A program made the translations under genes and the position numbers. A stretch of 64,000 bases of DNA, from contig JABGXB010000003.1 of the NCBI GenBank assembly GCA_018675975.1, positions 2,181 to 66,180 of the forward strand. Direction: 5' to 3'. The stretch comes from Candidatus Woesearchaeota archaeon. Lineage in GTDB: Archaea > Nanobdellota > Nanobdellia > Woesearchaeales > JABGXB01. Under the pieces are notes generated by a model. The model saw nothing but the letters and a program-made list of their open reading frames with translations. It ran no database searches and was not told where the DNA came from. This document shows positions 1 through 9,558 of the stretch, piece by piece. Each line of letters begins with the position of its first letter. Within the stretch, counting starts at the first letter, position 1.

Positions 1-2557
1 TTGCAATCCATTTGTAATTATAAGTTCCTGCTGAAAGATTACTTATTGTAAAATTATAATAATCACCGCTATTATTAGTTGTATAATTTGTTCCATCAAA
101 TTCAATTAAAACTGTATCCATTTGATTATTGTCAGTAAATGTTATATTAAATAAATAATCTTGTGGTAAATCATAAGTCGCTGGATCATTTGGGTATTCA
201 TTAATACCTGTATATGATGGAGCAGAAGTGTCACTAGTTGTAAAATTAGTTGATTCGGTATTATTCTGATTTCCATAAGTATCATTAACTAAAAATGTAA
301 TATTAAATAATCCAGTTAATTCTGGAACAGTATAACTATTATTGAATTTATTATTTGATTGTTCTGTTAATGAAAGTATTATGCTTGATGAGTTTGGAAG
401 AGTTATATTTGCTCTTACTGTATCTATTTCAGAATTATCAGTCACATTAATTCTAATTTCAATAACTTCTCCAGTACTTTTAGCATCACCTATGCTTGGA
501 ATTAAATTAGTAACTTGAGGATTTTGGGTATCTTCAACATTAAAATTAGTTGTAATTGTATTATTAATATTATTACTTGTATCATTTGCAATATAAGTTA
601 TATTATATTCTCCTTCTTGATTTGGTATAGTAAATTCATAATAAAAAATATCTCCAGTTCCTGAGGCAAGTGTAAATTGTTCTATAGTTCCATTTGGATA
701 AGTTAAATTTATTATTTTAGAATCAATTGTATTTGCATCAGTTATATTTGCAGTTATATTAACTATGTCTGAAATATTGTATCCACTATCTTCCAATGGT
801 CTGACATCAAAAATTTGTGGTGGATTACTATCACTAGGTTCATCAAACCATTGTAAAATTGGGTATGTTATTCCCATTTCCCAAATATTAGTAAAATCCC
901 AATTTGAATCTGTAAATGTAGCTTGAGTTTCCATTTGATTTGTTGTTTTTGCTGTTGCCTCAGGTGAACCACTTCCAGTTGAACTTGTTTGTCCACTAGT
1001 TTGATTATCAAAAAATGAATTGTCAATTGTTCCACTACCTGTTCCTAAAAAACCACCTACAACAGAACCTCCACTTGTTTGTCCTGTTGAATATGTTTGA
1101 TTAATTATAGTACCAGAACTCATACTTCCAATAAAACCACCAATATTAGAACCAGTTCCAGTTACAGATGATCTTGTATGAGAATTTTCAACTTCTCCAT
1201 TAACAAGTGTACCAACAAAACCTCCTACATTAGTTTTTCCATAAACTGAACCATCTGCAAAACATTGATCAATAAGAACTGATGATGATGAATTTGTAAT
1301 TAAACCAAAGGCACCTCCTACATTTTCGGTTGTTGAATTAATTGTAGATTGAGAATAGGAATTGTAAACTGAAGCATCACTCAATAATCCAATTAACCCA
1401 CCAACTCTTGCAGTTGAACTCGTTGAACTTATGGTTTTTATTGAACCATTAAAAAAACTATTATTTATGATACTACTTGAATCAATTAAATCACCAACTA
1501 ATCCACCGGCCATTATTGAACTTGTATAAGTTCCTATAATTGTCATAGTTGAACTCACATTATTAAAAATAATATCAGAACTTCCATAACCTAGAATACC
1601 ACCTAATTTTTGATTTATTGAATTTAAAATACCAGTACTATTAGAAAAACTAATATTTATTCGATTTGCTCCACCAACAAAACCACCTGTTTTAGTTGAA
1701 GAAGAAGATGTACTTGTTATATTTCCACTAAAACTTACATATTTTAATATTGAAGAGTATCCAGAATTAATTATATTTTCTCCAAATAATCCTCCAACCG
1801 TATGATCTGCAGTAACATTAGCATTTGTAACTTGTACATTGTATAATAAAAAACCATCATTTTGTGTAAAACTAGAAATATCTCCTGCTATTGCACCAAC
1901 AGAAAATCCACCAGTTACAGTTATATTATTAAGTTTTAAATCTCGAATTTCCGATTCAGTTTTTAATTGAGGAAATAATCCTACGTCATCATTAGCTCCA
2001 CCATCAATAAAAACATTACTAATTGTATAATTTTGTCCTGAAAAGTTATTTCCATAAATTACACTACCACCAATCCAATCTGAAAAAGTTATTCCACTAC
2101 AATCAATATTATTTGCAATTGTTATATTTTCATCACTTTGAATAGCAGTTATTAATTGAGTACAATTTCTAACTTGATCTATTACACATTCACTCTCATA
2201 ATACTCACAACCAGGTTCACCATTACAAATATTTTCTTTATTACTATCATAACTTATACTTCCACTCCATGATAAAGCTTCAATTGTTATTGAATCTGCC
2301 TGATTTTCTATTTGTGAACACGATAACAACTCACCTTGTGATGGACATCCATTTGATCCACTTCCTGAACATACAACTACATCACTATCTGCACATGCTG
2401 CATTTGCATTACCTCCAAAACTACTTGCAAGAGAAGTACAATAACTATCAAGAGCAGTATTATCAGTTGCAAAAATTAATGTAGAATTAAAAATAATAAA
2501 ACAAAATAATATTATTGAAACTAATACTAACCTATTTCTACCCCTTAAAATTTTTAT
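1..2557 (-). CDS. Secreted cell-surface protein with GLUG-motif repeats followed by Ig-like/adhesin repeats (partial; C-terminus runs off the window at position 1)
   Basis: Hand translation of the minus strand gives an unbroken frame from 2557 down to 1. It is absent from the ORF track because it has no stop in the window and no ATG/GTG/TTG at its 5' end. The N-terminus IKILRGRNRLVLVSIILFCFIIFNSTLIFA looks like a signal peptide. There are at least nine GG(F/L)(V/I/F)G repeats (VGGLFGEN, TGGFVGGAN, LGGILGYG, AGGLVGDL, VGGLIGLL, VGGAFGLI, VGGFVGTL, IGGFIGSM, VGGFLGTG), then FFDNQTSGQ...NWDFTNIWEM as in GLUG-domain surface proteins, then repeated N-I-T-rich beta-type modules. Confidence 0.7.
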   Translation of the reverse strand, partial: MKILRGRNRLVLVSIILFCFIIFNSTLIFATDNTALDSYCTSLASSFGGNANAACADSDVVVCSGSGSNGCPSQGELLSCSQIENQADSITIEALSWSGSISYDSNKENICNGEPGCEYYESECVIDQVRNCTQLITAIQSDENITIANNIDCSGITFSDWIGGSVIYGNNFSGQNYTISNVFIDGGANDDVGLFPQLKTESEIRDLKLNNITVTGGFSVGAIAGDISSFTQNDGFLLYNVQVTNANVTADHTVGGLFGENIINSGYSSILKYVSFSGNITSTSSSSTKTGGFVGGANRINISFSNSTGILNSINQKLGGILGYGSSDIIFNNVSSTMTIIGTYTSSIMAGGLVGDLIDSSSIINNSFFNGSIKTISSTSSTARVGGLIGLLSDASVYNSYSQSTINSTTENVGGAFGLITNSSSSVLIDQCFADGSVYGKTNVGGFVGTLVNGEVENSHTRSSVTGTGSNIGGFIGSMSSGTIINQTYSTGQTSGGSVVGGFLGTGSGTIDNSFFDNQTSGQTSSTGSGSPEATAKTTNQMETQATFTDSNWDFTNIWEMGITYPILQWFDEPSDSNPPQIFDVRPLEDSGYNISDIVNITANITDANTIDSKIINLTYPNGTIEQFTLASGTGDIFYYEFTIPNQEGEYNITYIANDTSNNINNTITTNFNVEDTQNPQVTNLIPSIGDAKSTGEVIEIRINVTDNSEIDTVRANITLPNSSSIILSLTEQSNNKFNNSYTVPELTGLFNITFLVNDTYGNQNNTESTNFTTSDTSAPSYTGINEYPNDPATYDLPQDYLFNITFTDNNQMDTVLIEFDGTNYTTNNSGDYYNFTISNLSAGTYNYKWIA

Positions 2558-2713
2558 ACTAATTACCCCTTTTAAACTATATTAAAAAAGTGATTATTTC
2601 ATTTATAAATATATTCTTTTTTATGGACGATAAATTATTTTCACATTATTTTGCTTTTTTGGGCTATTTTTTAAATTTTTAATCACTTTTAATAAAGAAA
2701 TTATTATAAAAGT

Positions 2714-5377
2714 ATGACAAATTACCAAATTATGGAGGATGATAATTTAAATTATAATAATTTAGATGAAAAACGAATATTAGATTCTAATAAAATTTCT
2801 ATTGATAATTATAATGGAATTAAATTAACTCCTGCTATGAAGCAATATGTGGCTGCTAAAGAGCAATATCCGGATTGTATTTTGCTTTTTCGTATGGGAG
2901 ATTTTTATGAAACTTTTTTTGATGATGCGGTTGATTGTGCAAACATTTTAGACATTACATTAACTTCTAGAGGAAAGGGTGATACAAAAGCTCCTCTTGC
3001 TGGTATTCCTTATCATGCTCTTGATCCGTATTTAGCAAAATTAGTTCTTGCAGGTAGAAAAGTTGCGATTTGTGAACAACTTGAAAATCCAAAACTGGCT
3101 GAGGGTATTGTTAAACGTGGTGTTATTAGGGTGGTTACTCCTGGTACTATTATTGAAAGTGATATATTATCTGCAAGTTCAAATAATTATATATGTTCAA
3201 TATATCAAAAATTAGACAAATATGGGATTTCAATTTGTGATATGTCAACGGGTGAATTTTTAATTGGGGATTTTAATGAAAAAGATTTATTTATTTGCCT
3301 TTCAAAATATTCACCTAAAGAATGTATTATTCCTGAGTCATTAATAATTAATAAAAAATTAACAGAAGAATTAAAAAAAGTTAATTGTTTTATTTATCCT
3401 CAACAAAATAATTATTTTAATTCACGTAATTCAAATCATATTTTAAATAATCATTTTGGTTCTATTGATTCTTTTTCAAATATAAATTTAAATAGTTCTG
3501 GTTCATTAATTACATATTTAATTAAATCTTCTTTTAATAAATTGTCTTATATTAAAAATATTAAAAATATTAGTATTTCAAATAGTTTAATTTTAGATGG
3601 TTCGACAATTAAAAATTTAGAACTTTTAAAAAATATTCATGATGGTTCAAAAAATGGAACTTTAATTTCAGTAATTGATAAAACAAAAACTGCTATGGGT
3701 TCTCGTCTTTTAAAAAAATGGATTGTTAGTCCACTAACTGATATTAATAAAATTAATTTACGATTAGATTCAATTAAAGAATTAATTTCAGATCAATTAA
3801 AATTAGAAGAATTATATGAATTATTAATTATGATTGCAGATTTAGAACGTATAACTGCGAGAATTAATTTTGGTAATGCAAATCCTAAAGAAATTATTGC
3901 AATTCGTGAAAGTTTAATTAATTTGGAGAAAATAATTTTAATTTTAGATACTTATGAATCTGTTTTATTAAATAATATTAAATCATTTGGTATTGAAAAT
4001 ATTGATATTGATTCATTTGAAAAAAAAGATTTTGATTATTGTGAAGAAATTAATTCAATAATAGAATTAATTAATAACTCAATTAAAGATGATCCTAATT
4101 CAAGTGTTCGTAATGGTAATATGATTAAATCTGGTTTTAGTAGTGAACTTGATAATTTACATTCTATTATTAATAATTCAAAAAATTGGTTAAATAATTT
4201 AGAAATTGAATTGCGTCAAAAAACAGGTATTAATTCATTAAAAGTTGGTTTTAATAAAGTGTTTGGGTATTATATCGAAGTAACATCAAAAAACAAAGAT
4301 CAAATACCTGATTATTTTATTAGAAAACAAACACTTGCAAATGCAGAACGTTTTATTACTCCTGATCTAAAAGAAAAAGAATCAATTATTTTAAATGCTG
4401 AAAATAAAATTAATGATCTGGAATTTGATATTTTTAATTCTGTTTTGATTAAGTTGAAAGGTTTTTCAAATATAATTAATAATATTTCAAATAAATTAGC
4501 ATATTTAGATATTTTAATTGGTTTTGGTTTATGTTCAATTGATAATTCATATTCTTGTCCTATTATGTGTGATGGTGATAATTTGTCATTAAGTGATTGT
4601 CGTCATCCTGTAATTGAAATTAGTGAAAAATATTTTATTAAAAATGATTGTAATTTTGATGAGGATACTCGGACTATGATTATTACTGGTCCGAATATGG
4701 CAGGTAAAAGTACATTTATGAGACAAATTGCTTTAATTCAAATTATGGCACAAATTGGTTGTTTTGTTCCTGCAAGTTCTGCAAAATTAAGTATTGCAGA
4801 TAGAATTTTTACTCGTATTGGTGCTTATGATGATTTAGTTAGTGGTAAATCTACTTTTATGGTTGAAATGAGTGAAGTTGCAAATATATTACATAATTTT
4901 TCTTCACGCTCTCTTATTATTTTAGATGAGATTGGTCGTGGTACAAGTACATTTGATGGTATTTCAATTGCATGGGCTGTAGTAGAATCAATTGCAAGAA
5001 AAAATTCAAAATGTCTTTTTGCAACACATTATCATCAATTAAATAAATTATCAGATTATTTTTCTAATGTAAAAAATTTTCATATTACTGTAAAAGAAAC
5101 TTTTGATGATATTGTTTTTTTAAGAAAAATTGTTGAAGGTGGAACTGATAAAAGTTATGGAATTCAAGTTGCTAAATTAGCTGGTGTTCCAAATGATGTT
5201 ATTGATAGAAGTAAACAAATTATGATTCAATTGGAAATGGATGATGAGATTACTGCAAAAATTCATTCAAATTTAAAAAAACAAAAAGTGAGTAGTAATA
5301 AATTAGAAAAAAAGAAGGTTGACCCTCTAAATGAATCTCATTATAGTCAAGAAAATTTAGTTGATTTTTATGATTAA
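2714..5377 (+). CDS. mutS: DNA mismatch repair protein MutS (bacterial MutS1 type)
   Basis: 887 aa. N-terminal mismatch-binding motif GDFYETF (Phe-X-Glu), Walker A TGPNMAGKSTFMRQ, Walker B LIILDEIGRGTSTFDG, C-terminal GTDKSYGIQVAKLAGVP. Confidence 0.93.
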   Translation: MTNYQIMEDDNLNYNNLDEKRILDSNKISIDNYNGIKLTPAMKQYVAAKEQYPDCILLFRMGDFYETFFDDAVDCANILDITLTSRGKGDTKAPLAGIPYHALDPYLAKLVLAGRKVAICEQLENPKLAEGIVKRGVIRVVTPGTIIESDILSASSNNYICSIYQKLDKYGISICDMSTGEFLIGDFNEKDLFICLSKYSPKECIIPESLIINKKLTEELKKVNCFIYPQQNNYFNSRNSNHILNNHFGSIDSFSNINLNSSGSLITYLIKSSFNKLSYIKNIKNISISNSLILDGSTIKNLELLKNIHDGSKNGTLISVIDKTKTAMGSRLLKKWIVSPLTDINKINLRLDSIKELISDQLKLEELYELLIMIADLERITARINFGNANPKEIIAIRESLINLEKIILILDTYESVLLNNIKSFGIENIDIDSFEKKDFDYCEEINSIIELINNSIKDDPNSSVRNGNMIKSGFSSELDNLHSIINNSKNWLNNLEIELRQKTGINSLKVGFNKVFGYYIEVTSKNKDQIPDYFIRKQTLANAERFITPDLKEKESIILNAENKINDLEFDIFNSVLIKLKGFSNIINNISNKLAYLDILIGFGLCSIDNSYSCPIMCDGDNLSLSDCRHPVIEISEKYFIKNDCNFDEDTRTMIITGPNMAGKSTFMRQIALIQIMAQIGCFVPASSAKLSIADRIFTRIGAYDDLVSGKSTFMVEMSEVANILHNFSSRSLIILDEIGRGTSTFDGISIAWAVVESIARKNSKCLFATHYHQLNKLSDYFSNVKNFHITVKETFDDIVFLRKIVEGGTDKSYGIQVAKLAGVPNDVIDRSKQIMIQLEMDDEITAKIHSNLKKQKVSSNKLEKKKVDPLNESHYSQENLVDFYD

Positions 5378-5404
5378 TTTTAATATTTAATTTTTATTTA
5401 TATC

Positions 5405-5908
5405 TTGGAGTGTAATAATATATTTAAAAGTCATTATCATTTAATTTATATGGTTATTCAAACTAAATATTTATTTTCTTCAAATGGGGTTGCAAAATTT
5501 AATCCAGATCATTACTATTATGTTTGTGAATTAATTGCATTATATTCAAAAATAAAACAAACTGATAATGCTTTTGGAAAAAAGTTTTTTAAATGTAGAA
5601 AAGTTATGTTAGGTAAAAAATTTTTACAATTGGGAATTCCTTATAATTCCTTAACTTCTGCAATAAGTCAAGTTCATGAAACTTTAAATTTTGAAGAAAG
5701 TTTTGGGGATTTTTTATTTGTGGATAAATTATTAAGAAATTTTTCATCTAAAATTGATTCAACTTTGGAAAATTCTTTTGGTAAAAAATTTGAATATTTG
5801 TTTAATAAAACACAATATTCAAGAAATTGTGGTAGTGTACAAAAAGTATATTCGAATAATTGTGGAATTTTATTATTTGGTGAATTAGAAGAAACTGATA
5901 AAGTATAA
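5405..5908 (+). CDS. Hypothetical protein (TTG start in track; the ATG at 5450, MVIQTK, is an alternative start)
   Basis: Only long ORF in this interval. No recognisable motifs. Confidence 0.4.
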   Translation: MECNNIFKSHYHLIYMVIQTKYLFSSNGVAKFNPDHYYYVCELIALYSKIKQTDNAFGKKFFKCRKVMLGKKFLQLGIPYNSLTSAISQVHETLNFEESFGDFLFVDKLLRNFSSKIDSTLENSFGKKFEYLFNKTQYSRNCGSVQKVYSNNCGILLFGELEETDKV

Positions 5909-5925
5909 AATGAAATATTAAAAAA

Positions 5926-6108
5926 TTAATTTGATAATTTTACTCTATATTTTGGTCTTGAATTAGATCCAATTTTATCTATTTCATATTTATTTTTTAA
6001 AGAATCACCATATTTTTTTGCATTTTCTTCATTTTTAAATGTCTTTGGTCTTACTGTTCTATTTCTTCCTCGATTCTTTAATATATCTTTTTTTTTACTT
6101 GTTGCCAT
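5926..6108 (-). CDS. Small, very basic hypothetical protein (60 aa)
   Basis: K/R-rich ORF (MATSKKKDILKNRGRNRTVRPK...) filling an otherwise empty gap. No family recognised. Confidence 0.35.
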   Translation of the reverse strand: MATSKKKDILKNRGRNRTVRPKTFKNEENAKKYGDSLKNKYEIDKIGSNSRPKYRVKLSN

Positions 6109-6206
6109 TTTTCATACACTCCTAATTTAGATCTAATTAAACTATTTTTAAATGTTTCTCTAATAAAGTTAATTTAATTGATTTATGAATTAAAATATTT
6201 ATATAT

Positions 6207-6452
6207 ATGTGTGTATATATATATTATATGACTAAAATAATCTTATTATATACTTCATCAGATATTAATCTTAAAATAATAAAAGGTGAAAAAGAATCAT
6301 TTATTCAAATCTTAAAAAAATTAGCTTTTTCAAATAAAAAAAAGAATTTAATAAGTTTTGCTGGTATGTGGTCTAGCGATGAAAATGCTAAAAAAATATA
6401 TGATAAAATTTTAAGTGAAAGATCTAATATTAAATTAAAATTGATTAGTTGA
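6207..6452 (+). CDS. Hypothetical small protein (likely true start at 6228, MTKIILLY)
   Basis: ORF track only. Its 3' end overlaps the convergent gene by 18 nt. Confidence 0.3.
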   Translation: MCVYIYYMTKIILLYTSSDINLKIIKGEKESFIQILKKLAFSNKKKNLISFAGMWSSDENAKKIYDKILSERSNIKLKLIS

Positions 6453-7142
6453 TAATTTGCTTTCTAAACTTATTTTAAAACTTTCTGGTGGCTTGCTATT
6501 TTCTGTATCCACATTCATTGCATATACTCCTGAAGTTAAGCCAATAAGTCCAATTCCTAATAATGCAGCTAACTTTTTTTTATAATTTTGACTCAAGTTT
6601 TCATATTTTTTAGAAATATTATTTAAATAATTTGAAATTTTATTATTTTTTATTGAACTCGATAATGAATTTATTGAATGAAGAAATCTATTATTTTTTT
6701 CAGTTCCAACTAAGTCATTAAAAATATCAGTTGAATATCCTAATGCAGGTCCATTTGCAGCTCCAAACAATATGGAACCCACCGTACCAATTGCAATTTC
6801 TTTTATATCTCTAGATCCGGAACAATAATATAATATTGGTGAAAAGACTACATTAAAAGCAGCTAAATATCCAATATCATGTATTATTTTTATTTTTTCT
6901 GATGTTTCTTCTGTAATTTTAAATAATTCTTGAGATTTTTTTCTTCCCCATGAAAGTCCTTTAGCAAGGCCAAGATATCCTATCGTTGATGCAATTAATC
7001 TTGCATTTATTGATACTTCATTTGACATTCCACTAAACTGAGTTTCATGTATTGCAAAAGCTAAATTTGCTTCTAAGCTGATAGCAGTACTCTCCACGAA
7101 ATATTTAGATATAGTATTTTTAATACTTGACTTATCATTCAT
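6435..7142 (-). CDS. Integral membrane protein, unknown function (weak AlaE-exporter-like N-terminal pattern)
   Basis: 235 aa with several hydrophobic segments (IGYLGLAKGL, GYLAAFNVVFSPILYY, GTVGSILFGAANGPALG, LAALLGIGLIGLTSGVYA). Any AlaE resemblance is from memory only. Confidence 0.55.
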   Translation of the reverse strand: MNDKSSIKNTISKYFVESTAISLEANLAFAIHETQFSGMSNEVSINARLIASTIGYLGLAKGLSWGRKKSQELFKITEETSEKIKIIHDIGYLAAFNVVFSPILYYCSGSRDIKEIAIGTVGSILFGAANGPALGYSTDIFNDLVGTEKNNRFLHSINSLSSSIKNNKISNYLNNISKKYENLSQNYKKKLAALLGIGLIGLTSGVYAMNVDTENSKPPESFKISLESKLSTNQF

Positions 7143-7360
7143 GGATTTTAGAATCCTGATTCATTTAAAAACAAATGTATAGAAAAAAACAACAGGGAAA
7201 AAAACCCTGCATGATTTTAAGAGATTTGTATTTTCCCCTTTATTGGCCCAAACCTGCTTGTTTTATACTTGCAAGTAATTAGTACTAAGAGGTTATAATA
7301 TAAATAATTTATATTATTACATAATATTTGTAATATTACGTCCTATTATTGACTGTATAT

Positions 7361-7370
7361 TTTATAAATA
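7361..7370 (+). promoter_or_regulatory. Putative TATA box (TTTATAAATA) for the 7390 gene, implying a near-leaderless transcript
   Basis: TTTATAAATA lies 20-29 nt upstream of the ATG at 7390. The same box type recurs upstream of many genes in this window. Confidence 0.45.
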
Positions 7371-7389
7371 TGTATATGCTAGTATATTT

Positions 7390-8250
7390 ATGGAAAAAAA
7401 GTTGACTGCTCAAGGTCCAAATGATAGAAAATCATATACTGTTACATTACCAATTGAATGGATTAAAAGTGAAAAACTAAATGATAGTAAAGTTGTGAAT
7501 TTAGATGTAATAGGAACAAAAATTATAATTTCTTCATCATTAGATGGAAATAAAAGTTTGTCAATTGATACTGATTATTATAAAAATAGTTTAATAAAAT
7601 TATTACAATCCATTTATAGAGGTGGATTTGATGAAGTTAAATTAATTTATTCCGATCCTAAATATTTAGAAAGAATTGTAGAAATTATTGATGAACGACT
7701 AATTGGGTATGAAATTGTAGAACAAAAAAACAATTTTATATTAATTAAATATATTACAAAAGAAAGTAGTGAAGATTTTAAAATAGTATTAAGGCGTATA
7801 TTTCTTTTATTATTACAGATGTTAAAATCTGAAAGTTTTGTACAAGCAAAATTAATTGATAAAAATATTAAAAAATTGTCTAATTATTGTCAAAGAATTT
7901 TAATTAAGCAAGGTCATATTGAATTTGATAAAGTTCCTAATTATTATTTATTACTTGATAGATTAGAAAAAATAGGTGATGAAATTAGATGGACTTTAAA
8001 TTTTCAATTTAATGACAATTTAGAAATACCTGAATTTGAAGAAATTAAATTAATACTGAGATCTGCATATGAATTATTTTTTAAATTTAATAAAGTAGAT
8101 TATGATTTAAATTCAGATAAAGTTTATTTTTTAACAAGAAATATTAGAAAAAATATAAATAAAATGAATACTTATATGGTTCATTGTTATAATTTATCAA
8201 GACTTTTAAATTCATTATATGGAGATATACTTTTAATAAATTTAAAATAA
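7390..8250 (+). CDS. Putative transcriptional regulator, N-terminal SpoVT/AbrB-like domain fused to a PhoU-like helical domain
   Basis: The N-terminus RKSYTVTLPIEWIKSEKL...LDVIGTKIIISS resembles the AbrB-type swapped-hairpin module of archaeal PhoU-family regulators. The remainder is helical with an internal repeat. Confidence 0.55.
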   Translation: MEKKLTAQGPNDRKSYTVTLPIEWIKSEKLNDSKVVNLDVIGTKIIISSSLDGNKSLSIDTDYYKNSLIKLLQSIYRGGFDEVKLIYSDPKYLERIVEIIDERLIGYEIVEQKNNFILIKYITKESSEDFKIVLRRIFLLLLQMLKSESFVQAKLIDKNIKKLSNYCQRILIKQGHIEFDKVPNYYLLLDRLEKIGDEIRWTLNFQFNDNLEIPEFEEIKLILRSAYELFFKFNKVDYDLNSDKVYFLTRNIRKNINKMNTYMVHCYNLSRLLNSLYGDILLINLK

Positions 8251-8301
8251 TTAATATAAAAATAAGTATTCTATATATTTAAAAAAAAGATTTTTTTGTT
8301 A

Positions 8302-9162
8302 TTAATGTCTTGTAAATGCTCTAAATAAATTAACCAAAATTACTATTGCTAATAATGATCCTAATACTATTGATAAAAATCTAAAATCTTCACTTTCTTT
8401 ATTTGATTGATTAACGCTAATTTTACTTTCATTTATTTGTGTTTTTAATATGTTTAATTCTTCTTTTGCTATATTAAAATCGTTTTTTAATGTTTCTTTA
8501 TTAAGTTCATTTTCATTAATTAAATCAACTTTTTCTTCTAATAATAATTTTTTCTCTTCTATTTCTTTATTTAATTCTTCTAAATCTTTTTCTAAACCAC
8601 TAATTTTGTTCAAATTTATATTATCTTCATTTTCATCTGCACATACGCCTTGACTATTTAATTTCATGCCTTCTGGACATTCACAAATTGTTATTGGAAA
8701 TCCTGTTGATGATTTATCAATAATTTTTGAAATTCTACCTGCTGTACATGTAATACATTTACCTGAAATTGGATGTACGATTTGAGTATTAACATCACAA
8801 CAAGATATTTGAACTTCTGGACTACTAGCGACGAATTCATTACCTTCACTACAAGAACATTCATTTTTTTCCAAATTAAAAAAATCTAAATTGTCTTTAT
8901 TACATATTAAATTTCTACATGCTTGTAAATTACCATTCATAGTTTCTAATTGTAATTTTTTAACTAATTCGGCATTACTACCATAAGCAGGAGATTTTTC
9001 TAAATTTTTAACATTTTCTTCTAATAATAATATTTTTGTTTCAATACTATCTTTTGAATTTAAATCAGAACATGATATAATATTCCCAGCGGCACTTACA
9101 AATGAACTTATTATTAAAATACCAATGATTATTAAAATAATGTGAATTAATTTTTTTCTCAT
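8302..9162 (-). CDS. Exported Cys-rich, coiled-coil protein with a C-terminal membrane anchor
   Basis: Signal peptide MRKKLIHIILIIIGILIISSFVSA, many paired cysteines (CSCSEGNEF, CCDVNTQ, CITCTAGR, CECPEGMKL), a heptad-rich E/K/L segment, and the C-terminal TM FLSIVLGSLLAIVILVNLF. Confidence 0.6.
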   Translation of the reverse strand: MRKKLIHIILIIIGILIISSFVSAAGNIISCSDLNSKDSIETKILLLEENVKNLEKSPAYGSNAELVKKLQLETMNGNLQACRNLICNKDNLDFFNLEKNECSCSEGNEFVASSPEVQISCCDVNTQIVHPISGKCITCTAGRISKIIDKSSTGFPITICECPEGMKLNSQGVCADENEDNINLNKISGLEKDLEELNKEIEEKKLLLEEKVDLINENELNKETLKNDFNIAKEELNILKTQINESKISVNQSNKESEDFRFLSIVLGSLLAIVILVNLFRAFTRH

Positions 9163-9243
9163 ATGAACTAATATATATATTTTGATTTATAAGATTATTT
9201 ATTTTATGAAAAGTTTTATTATTATGGGAAATAAAATGTTTTT

Positions 9244-9555
9244 ATGAGTGAAAATATTATTTACTGGAATATCTATGAAATTAAAACTCAATTTAGTTCT
9301 ATAAATGGAGTTATGCTTCGTGGGAAAATTAGAAAACTGTGTTTAGAAAATAAAAGAAATGTTCTTGTGGAAAATACAGAAGATATTGAAAAATCAGTAA
9401 GATTTGCAATACCTATTAATGATGATCCTTTTTTAATCAAAGAATATTTAAATTCAATTTTATCTGATGTGAATATTAATTTAGTTTTAGAAAATGTTCC
9501 AAATCCTGTATTATCTAAATTAAAAGTAAATATTGAAGATAGATATAAATTATAA
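9244..9555 (+). CDS. Hypothetical protein
   Basis: 103-aa ORF preferred over the antisense 9288-9656 ORF, which is low-complexity. No firm family. Confidence 0.4.
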   Translation: MSENIIYWNIYEIKTQFSSINGVMLRGKIRKLCLENKRNVLVENTEDIEKSVRFAIPINDDPFLIKEYLNSILSDVNINLVLENVPNPVLSKLKVNIEDRYKL

Positions 9556-9558
9556 TAA

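Noticed and set aside
2269-2484. 71-aa plus-strand ORF listed in the track.
   Set aside because: It lies antisense inside the long, motif-rich GLUG surface-protein frame and has low-complexity H/L/Q composition. It is a shadow ORF.
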